Of a stretch of DNA of 64,000 bases, positions 26,101 through 38,961 are shown piece by piece (the stretch's first letter is position 1; each line of letters opens with the position of its first letter). Source of the stretch: Auanema rhodensis (lineage: Eukaryota > Animalia > Nematoda); the NCBI GenBank assembly GCA_964057225.1, contig OZ059894.1, positions 5,828,001 through 5,892,000 on the forward strand. The letters run 5' to 3'. The position numbers and the translations under genes are program-made. The notes under the pieces were generated by a model that made no database searches, was not told the DNA's origin, and saw only the letters and a list, made by a program, of their open reading frames with translations.

Positions 26101-27712
26101 GTTTAACAGATGATCTCAGAATACCTTTCCTAATTGTCCTCAAAAAAGCCTTTTCCAGCAGAATTTTAATATATATATATTCCAGTATAGTATAGTATAT
26201 ATAATATCAATAATATATAAATAAATGAACTTATTCTCGTTTGTTCTATGAATATCATTCAAAGTTTGTCTTCCAGAGTCGTGTACGGGCAGCAACCAGG
26301 ACTTTGGTTTTTGTAGTATTTACTTATCTTCTCTCAAACGTGTTAAATGTCATAATTACAATATGGGAATACATAGATTATGATGGTTTAACTCAAGAAT
26401 TGGCAGCTTTTTATCTTATATCTGTTGATGTGGTGAGTGTTTTGAAATCAAGTTTGCTTGGGATTCCTCAAGATTATTGAGATCATATTTTTGTTTTTGA
26501 ATCCTGATCACAAGAAGAGAATACATGTGTATATCTAATCATCGTTTAGGTTTCATTGTTAACCATATTCGCAGGAGCATTACGTTTTCCAATCTACATG
26601 ACATGTCAGTCAGAATTGCGGAAAGAATTTATGTCGAAATTGAAGAAAATGTATTATTGGAGTCCGTATAAGGTAAATTATTGTTTTATTACTAGGTGAA
26701 GGATCAAAAGAATTTCAACGAATTCTTTCAGCTTTTTGATTCATATAAAAATCTTCTGAATTCTATTCTGTCGCTTTGCGTTTCAAACTTTTAATAATTC
26801 ATCCAACAAGAATATGAACAAAGTTTTGAAATCAAAATATTAAGAAAATCCGCAATGTTTTTATCATAAAACTTAATTGACTTTTAAAAAATGAACGACT
26901 TTCTCAGATTCTTCTGCCCACAACACCGAGGAAAAGTCGGTCGCAAGAACCTGAAGATCTTGAAAATTCCATTCTTGATCTTAATCAAATTCTTTAAGTA
27001 TGTCAATTGCATGATTTTAGCATGATACTATGCTATCTGTTTTAGTTATGAACAAAATTTATTATTTTTCAAATTTTTAGTTAAGTTGAAAAATATTTGA
27101 ATGCATTTGATGGGAATGATAGCTCGTGCAACATATTTCTTATTTGATTCTAAAACGCTTGTTTTGCTCTCAATTAAATGAGATGTGAGAGCAATTTTAG
27201 CATGTCCATCTTTTTTTCCCTATAAATCTTCTATACTATCAATTGCAACATGCAAATTTAATTTCTTATGTATGAATGTTACTATTTTCTTTTTAATTTT
27301 TTTCTTTTTTCTTCTTTTTTTTTCTATTTGGTAGATTTTTTCACCATTTCTCAGGTTGTTTTCAAAATATGAATAATATATGAAAACACAGAGAAATGTA
27401 TTTAAAATATTGAATGCTCAACGATTAGTTAGAGGTTAAGGTTTTACATTGCACTATACGCTTGTTTTTTTTAGTTTGTTTTTAATTTTTTGAATAATTT
27501 TGTATAAGAGCATTTCTTAATGTTAATTTCAGGGATATGATCCAGCTTCCAATGCTATTGAAGAATTGAAAAAAGCAACTCAAGATGATGGGCTTGAAGA
27601 AGCTGAAAGTCGATATCCCGGTCTTCTTGTTCACTTAAGTACCGTACTAATTAAAGCTGAAACCAATGATACTGTAATACGCAAAGAACAACAAACTGAT
27701 GTGTATTCATAG
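23195..27712 (+). CDS. Class A (rhodopsin-like) GPCR, nematode FMRFamide/peptide-receptor-like group; two possible C-termini
   Basis: Approximate exons: 23195-23385, 23492-23632, 23678-23798, 23848-23935, 24381-24481, 24960-25092, 26277-26432, 26550-26671, then 26908-26997 (stop) or 27533-27712. Seven hydrophobic segments; YLALLAFFD (TM2), AASFERYC (DRY equivalent), LLPFTLLAIMNIRIV (TM5), RVRAATRTLV (IL3/TM6), LRFPIY (TM7). Confidence 0.88.
25857..25870. promoter_or_regulatory. Perfect COE (UNC-3/EBF) consensus TCCCnnGGGA within a 14-bp palindrome in a GPCR intron
   Basis: catcccatgggatg is self-complementary and its core TCCCATGGGA matches the COE consensus. It lies in a GC-richer patch of the 1.2-kb intron. 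Confidence 0.4.
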
Positions 27713-28288
27713 ATTTATTTTTTCAATTACCTTTATATGAGATAATTATACATATCTAATGTCTTGTTAAGACATTCAGCAAGACATACTACAGGATCTC
27801 TAGTATTTTCTTTTTAATTCTCATTTATTTTAGAGAAAAGCAAGATTTCTCTCAAAAACACAGCTCAAAATATAAAATGTTTTTTATTTTCTCAAACAAT
27901 TAGCTTCTTAAAACCGATATTATCAATGCTGGTAAACGTATTCTTGTGCCATTATCTGTGTTGTGCATATATGTTTATATTAATAAAGATTTTAATATAT
28001 TAAAACTTGTTTTATAATTTTATATTTTTGATATACATAATAGTTTTATATTATTATTATTATTGATAATGATGATGATATATTGATATACATACATATG
28101 TACAGTAACACACAATTATTTGACACAATTAAAGCTCTGTGGTGAGAGCTAGAAAGAGTAGGGATAATGAAAAAATGAGATAAAAAATAATTGAAAAACC
28201 CAGAGATTCTTGAAAAGGAAAACAAAATCACAGAAAACAAATTTTTTCTCGTTATTATATATAAATCACATATCATAATTGTGTGCTC

Positions 28289-31200
28289 TCAGATATGAGC
28301 TTGTAATGATCGAAAATGATTAGAACTTCGCTCACAGTTTGTCTCTTCTTCCTGGATGTCGGTTAACCAATCTTCTGCAGTTTCATGATCATCATTGTGA
28401 AGGCTCTGGAATAAAAACTAACTTGTAACTTTTAATTTTAAAAAATTCTAAAATACCTTTGGATCGATAGATAGTCTAAACGTCATATCGACTAGAATTT
28501 TTCGTCGATTTTGCAAGAGAAATGCAAGCTCATCCTTTGCCCTTTTTGATCTGCCACAAAGCCAATCCTGCAACAAGAGATTATAATATTTATATTTGAG
28601 ATAATTAGTGCTCCAACATATTTTTCTTCTCATTTTCATTCTCTCAACATAATAAAAACAATTTCTTTCACAGTACCTGACTAGCAAACATTCCATTCAT
28701 ATTTGTTAAATTACTTCTTAAACTATTGGAAACGACCACGATACTCCAACGATCCAATTGATTCTGCTGTACCTAGAATTGTTAAATAATTTGTAACGAG
28801 TACAGAGAGGATTCTAACTTCCATAGGTAGAGACTTGTATCTCCACCGGAAGAAAGCACGCCCGGTAGCCTTTCGTATTCGAGCATCGGATACACAATAG
28901 ATTAATAAGCGCAAAGCACATCCCAGTATAGTTAACTGAAGTGCATACAATATAATAAAATATAACAAAAAGGATTTTCTTTTTTTTTCGAAATTAAATT
29001 ACGTATGTCCTTGCCAAAAAATGTCTTCGGTTATCAAAGCTTGCAGTTTGAGTCGCAAACTTAGTTTAAAAGTTGTAGATGAACTTACCAATAATGCTAC
29101 ATCGGATAATATTAAGAAATGATAATAATTTGTTTCAACTGTTTGAAGGTTAGCATATTCCCAAAAATTGACAGTAGTCGATAAGCAATTAGAGAATAGA
29201 TAACATCCGACAACAAGTACAAGTGTCCTAGTTGCAACTCGAACTCCTTTCTTATCGTTATAATGTTTTCGTATAGATCTGAATAAGAAACCATTTCTAT
29301 TCATATATTAGATTACATGTAGATATTCTGGGTTTTGCTTGAAATTTGAATAAGAGAAAACAATTTCATGAGCTAACTTTTTTTTGAAATGCCATCCACT
29401 ATAAGAAACGAACAAAACTTACGCTGATGTAACACTTCCACGTAATGATCGTTTCTTAATTGATTGTTCATATTCTTCTCTACGACGTATTTTTAATTGG
29501 GATACGATCCTTACATTACAGTATATCAACATCAAAAATGGAATGATTACAGTAATAGTTTTTCGGCCCCAAAATCGATATGCTGAGAACTCATCTACTA
29601 CACTATTTTGAATTGGGATATATCTGAAAATGTGCTAACTGTAATTGAAAACTGTTATTACTCTTCGTTTTTTTAAAAGTAAAAACAAGAAAATTCTATA
29701 ATAATTGAATTACCTTTCCAATTCTTGACAACTTGGTAAGTATGCTATTGATGTTTCAAAAAGTAATGTTCCTTTTATAATAGTTGCAGATAATAATAAA
29801 ACAATAAAAACTGATACTTTTTTCCTGACCATAAATACAAGAATGCTTTTCTAAAATGAACAAAATAATAAAAAAAATGTAATCTTTCTAAAATTAAATA
29901 TAAATTCTAAAAAAATAAAACTGAAAATTACCTGTGTCCCTTGTGGACAATTAGCAAATAATCGTTCAATACTTGCAACTACGAGTAAAAAATTACAGAT
30001 TGATTCACATATATGCTGAAAATACATAAGTAATTCAAAATTAATAGTTTGTTGGTAACACTACACGGAAATAGAAAAAAGTATTCTAATACTATATGTG
30101 GTTAAATATATGTTTCATATATATCGTACAAGCGCATTGAAAGTGTATTTCAAGATAAAAAATCAAAACGCAAAGATGAGAGAGTTCACGTTTTTCACGT
30201 AACCGTGTGACTTGTTCAGACTGCGTCATTTTTAAATTTTGATCGACGTGAAACGGTTGCTTGATTTTTAACTCAGAAATATATTGTTTTATTTATATTT
30301 TTTAAAACTTATATATATATATATATATAATCAAGAAAAAATAAAAAAAACATTTAATATATTCTCCTACCTTTATCACATATATATATTTGACATAGAT
30401 AGTCCATATGGTAATGAGAAATCCTATTCGAAAGTGATAAGCAATGATATTAACAGAAAATAGTAAAATATATGATGCCGAAACTGCAAATAATAATGCG
30501 TTAAATGAATTAAAAAATATAAATCTTAAAACATTACCAATTATATCAAAGAGAGCAAGTACTACCGGATTAGCATAATTCTGTCTTCTTAATCTTCTCG
30601 ATGTGGAAAAAACGTAAAGCAGAAGAAAATTACATAGAATAGATATCTGGAACAAAACAAATTTTTTAACCAAGAAATGAATAAAAATATATATATATTT
30701 GTCTTCAACTAGAAAATATGCTCGAGTTTATGTTTTGTCTGAAGTTTCATTATATTTTAAGCAGTTTAACGAAAACTAGTATAGTTCCTTGTTTAGCATG
30801 TCTTTTCCACTTTCTTTTCCAAAAATATATTGATTAATTATTTTTGAAAAGTTTATGAAAACATATATTCTTATGAATGTGTATATTCATTCATTCACGT
30901 GTTTTGAACTCAGAATTTGCTCTTGGATCTTGAAATATATTCATATACATACATACGTTCATATAAATTATAAAAAGCAAGCAACATCTAATGAATTAGC
31001 TTAATCCAAAAGGAAATATGGCAGATATTTGATGTTTGCATGTTATTAGCTAACTTAGATAAACGGTTCTACTACCTGGTTTGAAAAGAAATATGAGGAT
31101 AAAGATGAAAATGTACATATTTTTTAATGTTTAGTTATATTTATCTTATTTGGAAAAAGTTGAAAAAAACACAATTTATTTTTTATTTTTCATAATAAAT

Positions 31201-31435
31201 TCAGAGGTCAATAGACTTGATTGTCAAAAAATGAACTTGCTTTATACATGCTTTATCAAGAATTAAACGTCAATGTTGTTTTACGATTTTTTTACGACAT
31301 CAGAATTAAGCTACTTACTACAGCAACGAGAGTACCGATGACACCAACTAGAAATAATCTTGAAATATCTGAATTAGACGTTGGGGTTAACCGACAATCT
31401 TGAATAAAGCTGTCGTTTGGACGAAATAGATCCAT
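28289..31435 (-). CDS. Class A GPCR, paralog of the convergent + strand receptor; 11 exons
   Basis: ATG at 31435 (MDLFRPNDSF..LFLVGVIGTLVAV|gtaagt); PVVLALFD; VASIERLF; IIPFLMLIYCNVRIV; GVRVATRTLVLVVGCYLFSN; LRLLIYC. C-tail exons run to ...SLQAHI* (28289-28291). All introns are GT-AG and phase-compatible. Confidence 0.88.
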
Positions 31436-34400
31436 TGCATTCCTTAAATATCGTGATTTATAGAAGATATAAAATATTATTTCAAAGAAATAGGTAAGAA
31501 AAATCGGAGGAATATGCATAATAAGCACTAATCTACGTATAATATAAATTTATATCTTATCTTGGCTTACTGACGTCACATCAATAATTCTCATGGTGGA
31601 AATGAAAGTAATGAATTAAGTCTAAATACGGGAATTGAAAATATGAGCAAAAGATCAATGAAATCCAAGAAATTATATCGGAAACAGCAAGTGAAATAAG
31701 ACAAAAAATGCTTTGCATTTTTTGAAGAAATGTCTGATAGTCAGGTACGAGTCTGGTCTGAGCAGTGAAAAAGACATTGGCTGAAATATTATTATGTTGA
31801 GACTAGCAATGAAAAATATTTGAATTATAGGTTTTCAAAACCAAATTACTTTGATCTTTTCTTTTTTTTTCTTTGAAACCAAATAAGTGTCTTCTCCTCC
31901 TACCTTAGCTACATTCAGCAATAAACAGAAGCTTCATGTTTTCCCCATTACCAAAAATGTTTGTACAGTACCGAATAATAAAAAAACGTTCAAGAATTAG
32001 TAAGGACTGTTCTAAAATGTGAAAACTTTCTTTGTGAGCAGGAAAAAACAAAATTTGTTCATGGTTTGCTGTTCAATATACACCTGTTTTATCATATTTC
32101 AGCCAGCTAATCAATCATTTTGTATTATTTTAGAATAAAATGAAAGACAGAAGAAATACTTGCGAAGAGAAACGGAAGTTATTCTAAGAAAGTAGGAGAA
32201 AGGGGTTGGAAGCCGTGCATAGTAATCAACCTGTCAGTCTCTAACTAAGAAGAAATATTGATGTTCCGTTGAATCTGGTTCAGAAAAATTAAGAAAAAAT
32301 GCATTCAATTTGATTTATTGAGTCCAAAAAAGAACAAAAAAAGGTTCATTTTCGCACTAGTTGATAATATTGGTTGGCTTCTCATTGTGAGATAAATAAT
32401 AAGAAATCAAAATATAAAATAAAACATCAATTGGTGAAGAAATGCATCTGGAAGAAAATGAAAAAATCATTTATCAATCTTCAATTCAAAAGCAAAAAAT
32501 GGAAAAAAATTGACTTTCGGGTTTAATCTCAGAAAAGGGAGGAGCGTGAAGCTAACATAATAGTTGTAAGACATGCCACATTATCATTTGTGAATGTTAA
32601 ATCCATCTTTGGATTTTGTCTTTCTATCTCGCTGTTACCAGGACACAGAGTGTAAAGATTGAAAAAGGGAACAGATTAAACAGAAAGAATACAACGGAAA
32701 GTCCAAATGATATCGTCAGCTTTTTGAAGAGAAAAAACCTTTCAAGAACAAATTAATTATATATTCTCAACAATTTTTAAGATATACAATGAAAATGAAT
32801 AAAAATGTAAAAGTGAGCTATTATGGTGAAAGCTTTAAAATTCTGATTTACTACTTGATATAGGAATTGACAAATTGAAATTGAGTCAAATCTGAATAAT
32901 TATGTGTATCGGGATAAGAAGAGAAAGAGGGAAAAGACTATATACACATATGTATATAAGTATATACATACAGAGAGGGAACTAAAGAGTAAGACAAAAA
33001 GAGAGAGACAACCGGGAGCGTCAGAGAGGTAGAAGGGGCATGACACAGAAGGAGGCAAAGATAGGAAAAGAGAGATAAATCTAGATACGAAACACAAAAT
33101 CATTCGTTGTTCAATGAAAGTAATGAAAATTGATTGCAGAGTCGCAACCATTAGCCTTAGATTAGAACGTTTAGTATTTTGGCAAACGAAGAACACCGTT
33201 GATTATACATATATAGTTTAGTTAAAATCGAAAAAATGGATAAGCTGTTCGATAATGAATTAATATCAAGAAAATTCATGGTTATATTGTTCAAAAATTG
33301 ATCAAAATTAAAAAGGCTGTGAGTTTATCATAAATCAAACTATAAAAATTTTGCATAGCATACATATATGAATGAATATAGTTATAGAAAAAAAAATTAA
33401 AAAATGGAAAACCTTGTATGAAAAGCTCCAGCTTTAATCCTTATAGTAGATGATACACAGAGAATTAAGAAATCGAAAAATAAAGAGAAATTTTTTGAAG
33501 TTTTTCACATAAAATGAGTAATATTGAGTTGCAAAATATATATAAGATTATAACAGACAGACATATACACATATGCATACACATACAAACCAAAAAACCA
33601 TAAACGGAAGCTTTCATCAGAAATAACAACAAGATATTTAATCTTTTTTTTATAAAAAAAAGGATAATGAGATGATGGCTGTTTCATCTTTTATTTCCAT
33701 CTCCTCATCATAAAATATTTTTTTCATTTCTGTTAATTATTAATTCATATAAATACTTTACAAATCATCAATAAATATAAAAAAAAGCTAAATGCAGATT
33801 GTTTTGATTTTTAGAAAACATTTAGAAATTGTAATATAAAGTATTTAGACGAAAAGAGAAAAGAATAGAAAGAAGAAGATACATTTCAAGTTTTCTTCCA
33901 TCCAAAAAAACGAGAAAAAAGCTCAAAAATAAGATATAAGGTTAGTTAATTTGTTTTTTCTACTACAAAGGCGAGTCCAAGCCATATGCTGACCACAATA
34001 CCATTAGAAGGAGCTCTCACGCTTCTCTGGTATCAAATTTCTCAATAACAGAAGCTTGAAATTTACTATAATTATAGCCAAACACAGTGTGTCAGCAGTT
34101 AGTTATATGATATATTTATGTCTATTTAGGAATATAATTATTTTAAAAATAATTTGAATATTTTAAGAATTATGATTAGGTTATATACGTATTCTTGACG
34201 TGATAATTCAATCAAATACAGCATACAACAACTTTTAGGAATATGAGTAGCAATAAACTAAGATGAGATCTGAAGAAATATAGAGTATTGTACATATTTC
34301 TTATTAAAATATCATAGTTTCAATATAGATAGCTTAATGGAAATTTTGAGTTGAATCGTTGAATGAAATATACAAAGCATATTTCATATGCATAGTCATT

Positions 34401-35635
34401 TACATAATACCAACACTTCTTATGACTTTGAAACTATAAAGATTTGAAATTTCTTTCGAAAACATTCTAAACATTAAGAGAGCAAAAATATTTTAATGAA
34501 TTTTAAAAAAGATAGGAAACATACTGAATGGCCTATAAATTTATTAAAATTTTTGAAAAATATGTTTTATGATTTTTTGACCATACATATTTCCATATAT
34601 TCACATAATTCATAGAGTGAACAAAGAAAAAAAGATGGTTTAAATAACGAAAAAAACTATTATGTCATGCAAGCTCATAGAGGTAGATCTGTACCTGAGC
34701 TGGATAAAAGTTGAATAATGCTGAATTTAACTATAAGTAACCAAAAAACAATGTGTTGTTAAGTGTTACCAAGAGGACGTTTCTAGGATTGTCGTTAGGG
34801 ATGGTAATTGAAGGTGCATGTTATACTATGTATTTCCATGGAAATATCGGCTTATACAGCTTTCCCAGAATATATTAAGCTGTAAAATCGGAAACATGTC
34901 AGAATATTCTTTTATTTTCAACTATTCCTTTATTTTTTTTCATATTTTGTAACCAACACAAATTAAACTTTCGAATTGTTCTTTTCGTGTTTCTTCGGGT
35001 CTTTTTGGGTCTTTTTTTTCTGTTTTTTTTTTAACTTAAAAAGCTATAGATTCATACATGTATAGATATATGCATATAGTAGCTGAATGAATGTGTGTAG
35101 TATATATGTATATATACATAGATATCTATATTTTTGCAAGTATTTCAATTAAAAATGACGTAAAGAATATTTGAAATATCATATGATTCTAACTATTTTA
35201 TCAAAAGTTATATATGTATATTGTTAATAGTTATTATTATGATTGAAAATCTGATTTTTCAAGCGAATTGACAGATGTTAAGGAATTTCCATTATCGTGC
35301 TTTATCTAGAAAAATATTTTTTTTTTCGATTCACATAAAAGAACAGAAATCGGATAAAAATTAGTTAGAATTATAAAAACAAAAAAAAAGATTTGCAAGA
35401 AACAATCTATATTATATCTGAGAAAATGATAATTGTCAATTGTTCTAGGAAGAATACAGAACATACGATATTTTTCTTGTTGTAGTTCTCATGTTCAATA
35501 AACGTTTTCTGTGAACACAAAAGAGATGGAGAAGCTTGTACGTATGTGGTGAATATGTGTACATTAGAAAATGAAGGAAATTGATAAATCTTGTAGGATT
35601 AAAATGAGAAGCTTTCACTGAAATAAAGCAAAAAA

Positions 35636-35710
35636 ATACATATATATATATATATATGTATATGTATATGTATATATATATTTATATTTATATATATATA
35701 CATATATATA
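35636..35710. repeat. (TA)n/(TATG)n microsatellite; similar tracts at ~30310-30328 and 36195-36238
   Basis: Directly visible TA and TATG runs. Confidence 0.9.
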
Positions 35711-36506
35711 AATACCCATTCTCTATAAAATTGTAGTCTTAAGAAAGCGTAAATCCGGATTTTTCTTGAAAACTGATATCAGATTTCGGCCATGAGGTTG
35801 TAGCCGCTCATACATTTCTTCGTGGTTTTCATTCTTTCTTTTTTAGAAAAACATTTTGTTTATATACTGTGTAAGAAATAATTAATTGAATCATCTTAGG
35901 TAGTTATTAAACTATGACTACATACTATATGTGAATCATAAAGTTAAAAACTTGTACAGGTTAAACGATTTATAATTCAATATTACTCATGATATATCAA
36001 ATGATAAGCTTTATTAGTTATACTATATATCATGTATATTTATCTACATGTATACATCGATATTGAGTCAGAACTTGTAAACTGATTGAAATGACGAGGA
36101 CTTGGATAGAGTGCTAATTCCTTATCACATCCTTTCACTGAAAAGCCATTCATATCGGATTCGTAGTATTATTATTATTATTTCCATTATATTAATACAT
36201 AATACATAATACATAATATATATATATATATATATATAGAATATTTATATTCATACTAGTATATTAAAATTTAAACTTTTTTAGAATTAAAGAAAAAATT
36301 TAAAAAATTAATTCATTATTCAAAAAATTTTCCTTTATCAATATACTATATACATATACATAAGCATCATCTACATGCATTCACTATTTTTCCAATTTGT
36401 CTCTTGTTTACCTTACTTGGCTGGGTCACACACATAGGTCATCAAATCTTTAGGATGTACCTTTCAACAACCTCTCCCAATATTTGCTTTCTTTACTAGT
36501 GTATTG

Positions 36507-37113
36507 ATGAAGGCACATCAGTAAGAATTCTATTTTGTGAATGTTCGTTAATAAATGGCACTACTCTAAGATTTTCTGTTATTTCATAAGTAATTTTGGT
36601 TTATTTTCTGTTGTTTTATTAATATCTCTCATTGTTTTATTTTATATTCAACTATTTAGTGTAATGCCAAGTAGTTGTGCGGATGTGTTAATTTTTTTTC
36701 GTGTTCCTCAAGAAGATTTAGAAGTCTATCGTTATCAAACAAGTCTTATATATTTAACAGCTTTTCTTGCTTGCTTCTGTGTATTGTAAGTTTGAGAATT
36801 ACGTGTTTTTTTTAATTTATTAATTTGTCTCTGTTTCACAATAATTTGAGTTTAAACTAGAGCTTTTGTTTTCTCAAAGTTCATGAAAAACTGAAAAAAG
36901 GCGAAAGGCTAAAGTTCGTTTAAAATGATGAGAAATGACGTCAAGAAGCAAACTTGGATCGTTCACCGTGTTATTCTTAACAAAAGAACGATTTGTTCCA
37001 GATGGGTTAAAAAGTCCAAAAAACTGATCGAATATGAAAGAAATTTCAACTTTAATCGGTATTTCTTTGATGATGATATCATGACAGACTATTTTATTCC
37101 CGTTCAAATATAA
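36507..37113 (+). CDS. Small single-pass membrane protein (~57-112 aa depending on acceptor) or decaying pseudogene
   Basis: ATG AAG GCA CAT CA|gtaaga (36507-36520) joins exon 36660-36785 (..VMPSSCADVLIFFRVPQEDLEVYRYQTSLIYLTAFLACFCV|gtaagt). The 3' exon is uncertain: acceptor 36861 gives ..LAFVFSKFMKN*, acceptor 36915 gives ..FSFKMMRND..IPVQI*. No family recognised. Confidence 0.4.
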
Positions 37114-37590
37114 TTTGATCGGGCAAGTTCTTTCTTGAACTTCCTATTTTATGTTTTGGTTTTTTTAAAAAGAATTATGATAGCAAGAATTACATTATAA
37201 AAGTAATGAATGAAATACTCAATTTAATATGATAACTCAACCTCATGAACATATTATATAATTCTATATAAATAATATATGTATGACTCATATAATTTAT
37301 TTTTCTCATAGATCGGCAAATTGGATGAGCTTCAATTGAAATCTCAACGGAAATTGGCCAAATGAATAACAGTTCTCGACAAATTATGAACAATGACATC
37401 GATATTGCTGCGCCGATGACAGACAATGCGCTTGAAGACATTTAGATGACAAAAATGACTGATGTATATACATATATATATATATTAATGATGTTAAATA
37501 GTGTTATGACTGTTAAATTGTGTCTTTCAATTTATTTTTTTTCAAATAAAACCTGTTTACCAACTATCAGTCAATCAGTTGAGCCATCAT

Positions 37591-37596
37591 TATAAA
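37591..37596 (+). promoter_or_regulatory. Probable TATA box of Gly/Trp-rich secreted protein gene
   Basis: TATAAA lies 74 bp upstream of ATG 37665. Confidence 0.45.
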
Positions 37597-37664
37597 GGAA
37601 GTCATAAACTGCCCTGCTAATTATTTCTGTTCTATTTGTGTATCCAGGATAACTTAATTTTAAA

Positions 37665-38961
37665 ATGAAAACTATTTTTTTTCTACTTGCCGTCGCAACT
37701 CTAGCTTCAGCACAATTCGGTTGGGGAGGTAAGCAATTAACTGATGTTCGTAAAAATTATTTTGACTCAAAAACGAAAATTTCTTTTCCGAAAAATTATT
37801 TTTCCGAGAGAATCACATCCAATTTTTTTTACTACTTTTCAAGAAATAATATTTTTCAGGATTCGGATACAAACCTTGGGGTGGCCATCGTGAGTTTTGA
37901 TTTCAGTCTATCTTAATCTTTTCTACATTTCATCCATAGTTAATGTAAAATAGTCAAATTATTTTAGACGGATGGTATAGTGGAGGAGCAGATAGATACT
38001 GGGGCCGTGGATTTGGAGGATGGGACAGTCATCACAATGGTAGAGATGGATTTGGTCGCGGAAACTTTGACAATGAAAACACTGGATCAAATCGTGGAGA
38101 CAACGGAGGATTCGGTAGCCAACAAGGTGGTGGACGTGGTGGATTTGGAGGAAGCGGAGGAAACGGTGGTCGTGGTCCACAGGGACCTGGAGGACAGTCT
38201 GGAGGTTGGGACAGTCAAGGATCTCAGCAAGGTGGATGGAACAACCAAGGAGGATCCCAATCAGGATGGAATGACCAAGGAAGTTCTTCATCCGGAGGAT
38301 GGAATAGCCAAGGAGGTTCCCAATCTGGAGGAAGAAACGGTGGACGCCAAGGTTCCCAATCTGGAGGATGGAACAGTGGAAACCAAGGATCTCAAACTGG
38401 TGGATGGGGAGGAAGCCAAGGCTCTCAATCTGGAGGATGGAACAGTGGAAACCAAGGATCTCAAACTGGTGGATGGGGAGGAAGCCAAGGTTCTCAATCT
38501 GGAGGATGGACCAGTGGAAACCAAGGATCTCAAACTGGTGGATGGGGAGGAAGCCAAGGATCTCAAACTGGTGGATTGGGAAACGATGGAACTCAATCTG
38601 GAGGATGGGGTGGCCAAGGATCACCACGTAAGTTTCTCATTAATGAAATCATTAACCAATCACATGAATTACAGAAGATATGCGATCTGGAGGACGTAGA
38701 GGTTAGAAAATCATTTCTTAATTTCTTATTTTATCATTATGAATGATAGAAAGGTTAATCAAATTGTGAAAATATTTTTGGGGATACCTTTGTGTCGATG
38801 AAAACATAAGACATATGGCCTTGCTATTTGAAACGTAGTAGGGAAAAATTGATAACATTGCTTTCAAGAAGAAACAATTTTTGTAAAAAAGTTTTGAAAG
38901 TTCAAAAAATGCTTCACAATTTATTCTTTTATTTACAGGTGCTCCAGCTCCAATTCAATAG
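37665..38961 (+). CDS. Secreted Gly/Gln/Ser/Trp-rich low-complexity (prion-like, GGW-repeat) protein, ~258 aa
   Basis: Exons 37665-37728, 37860-37889, 37968-38627, 38939-38961. Signal peptide MKTIFFLLAVATLASA|QFGWGG; body consists of QGSQ[ST]GGW repeats; ends RAPAPIQ*. The true frame differs from ORF-track call 37980..38699. Confidence 0.88.
38348..38554 (+). repeat. Coding tandem repeat, 69-bp unit x3 (QGSQSGGWNSGN-QGSQTGGWGGS)
   Basis: Units start at 38348, 38417 and 38486, flanked by degenerate copies. Confidence 0.9.

Noticed and set aside
8983-36838. piRNA Ruby core CTGTTTCA at ~8983 (-), ~33680 and ~36830
   Set aside because: About 2 copies are expected by chance in 64 kb at this composition, and they are not clustered.
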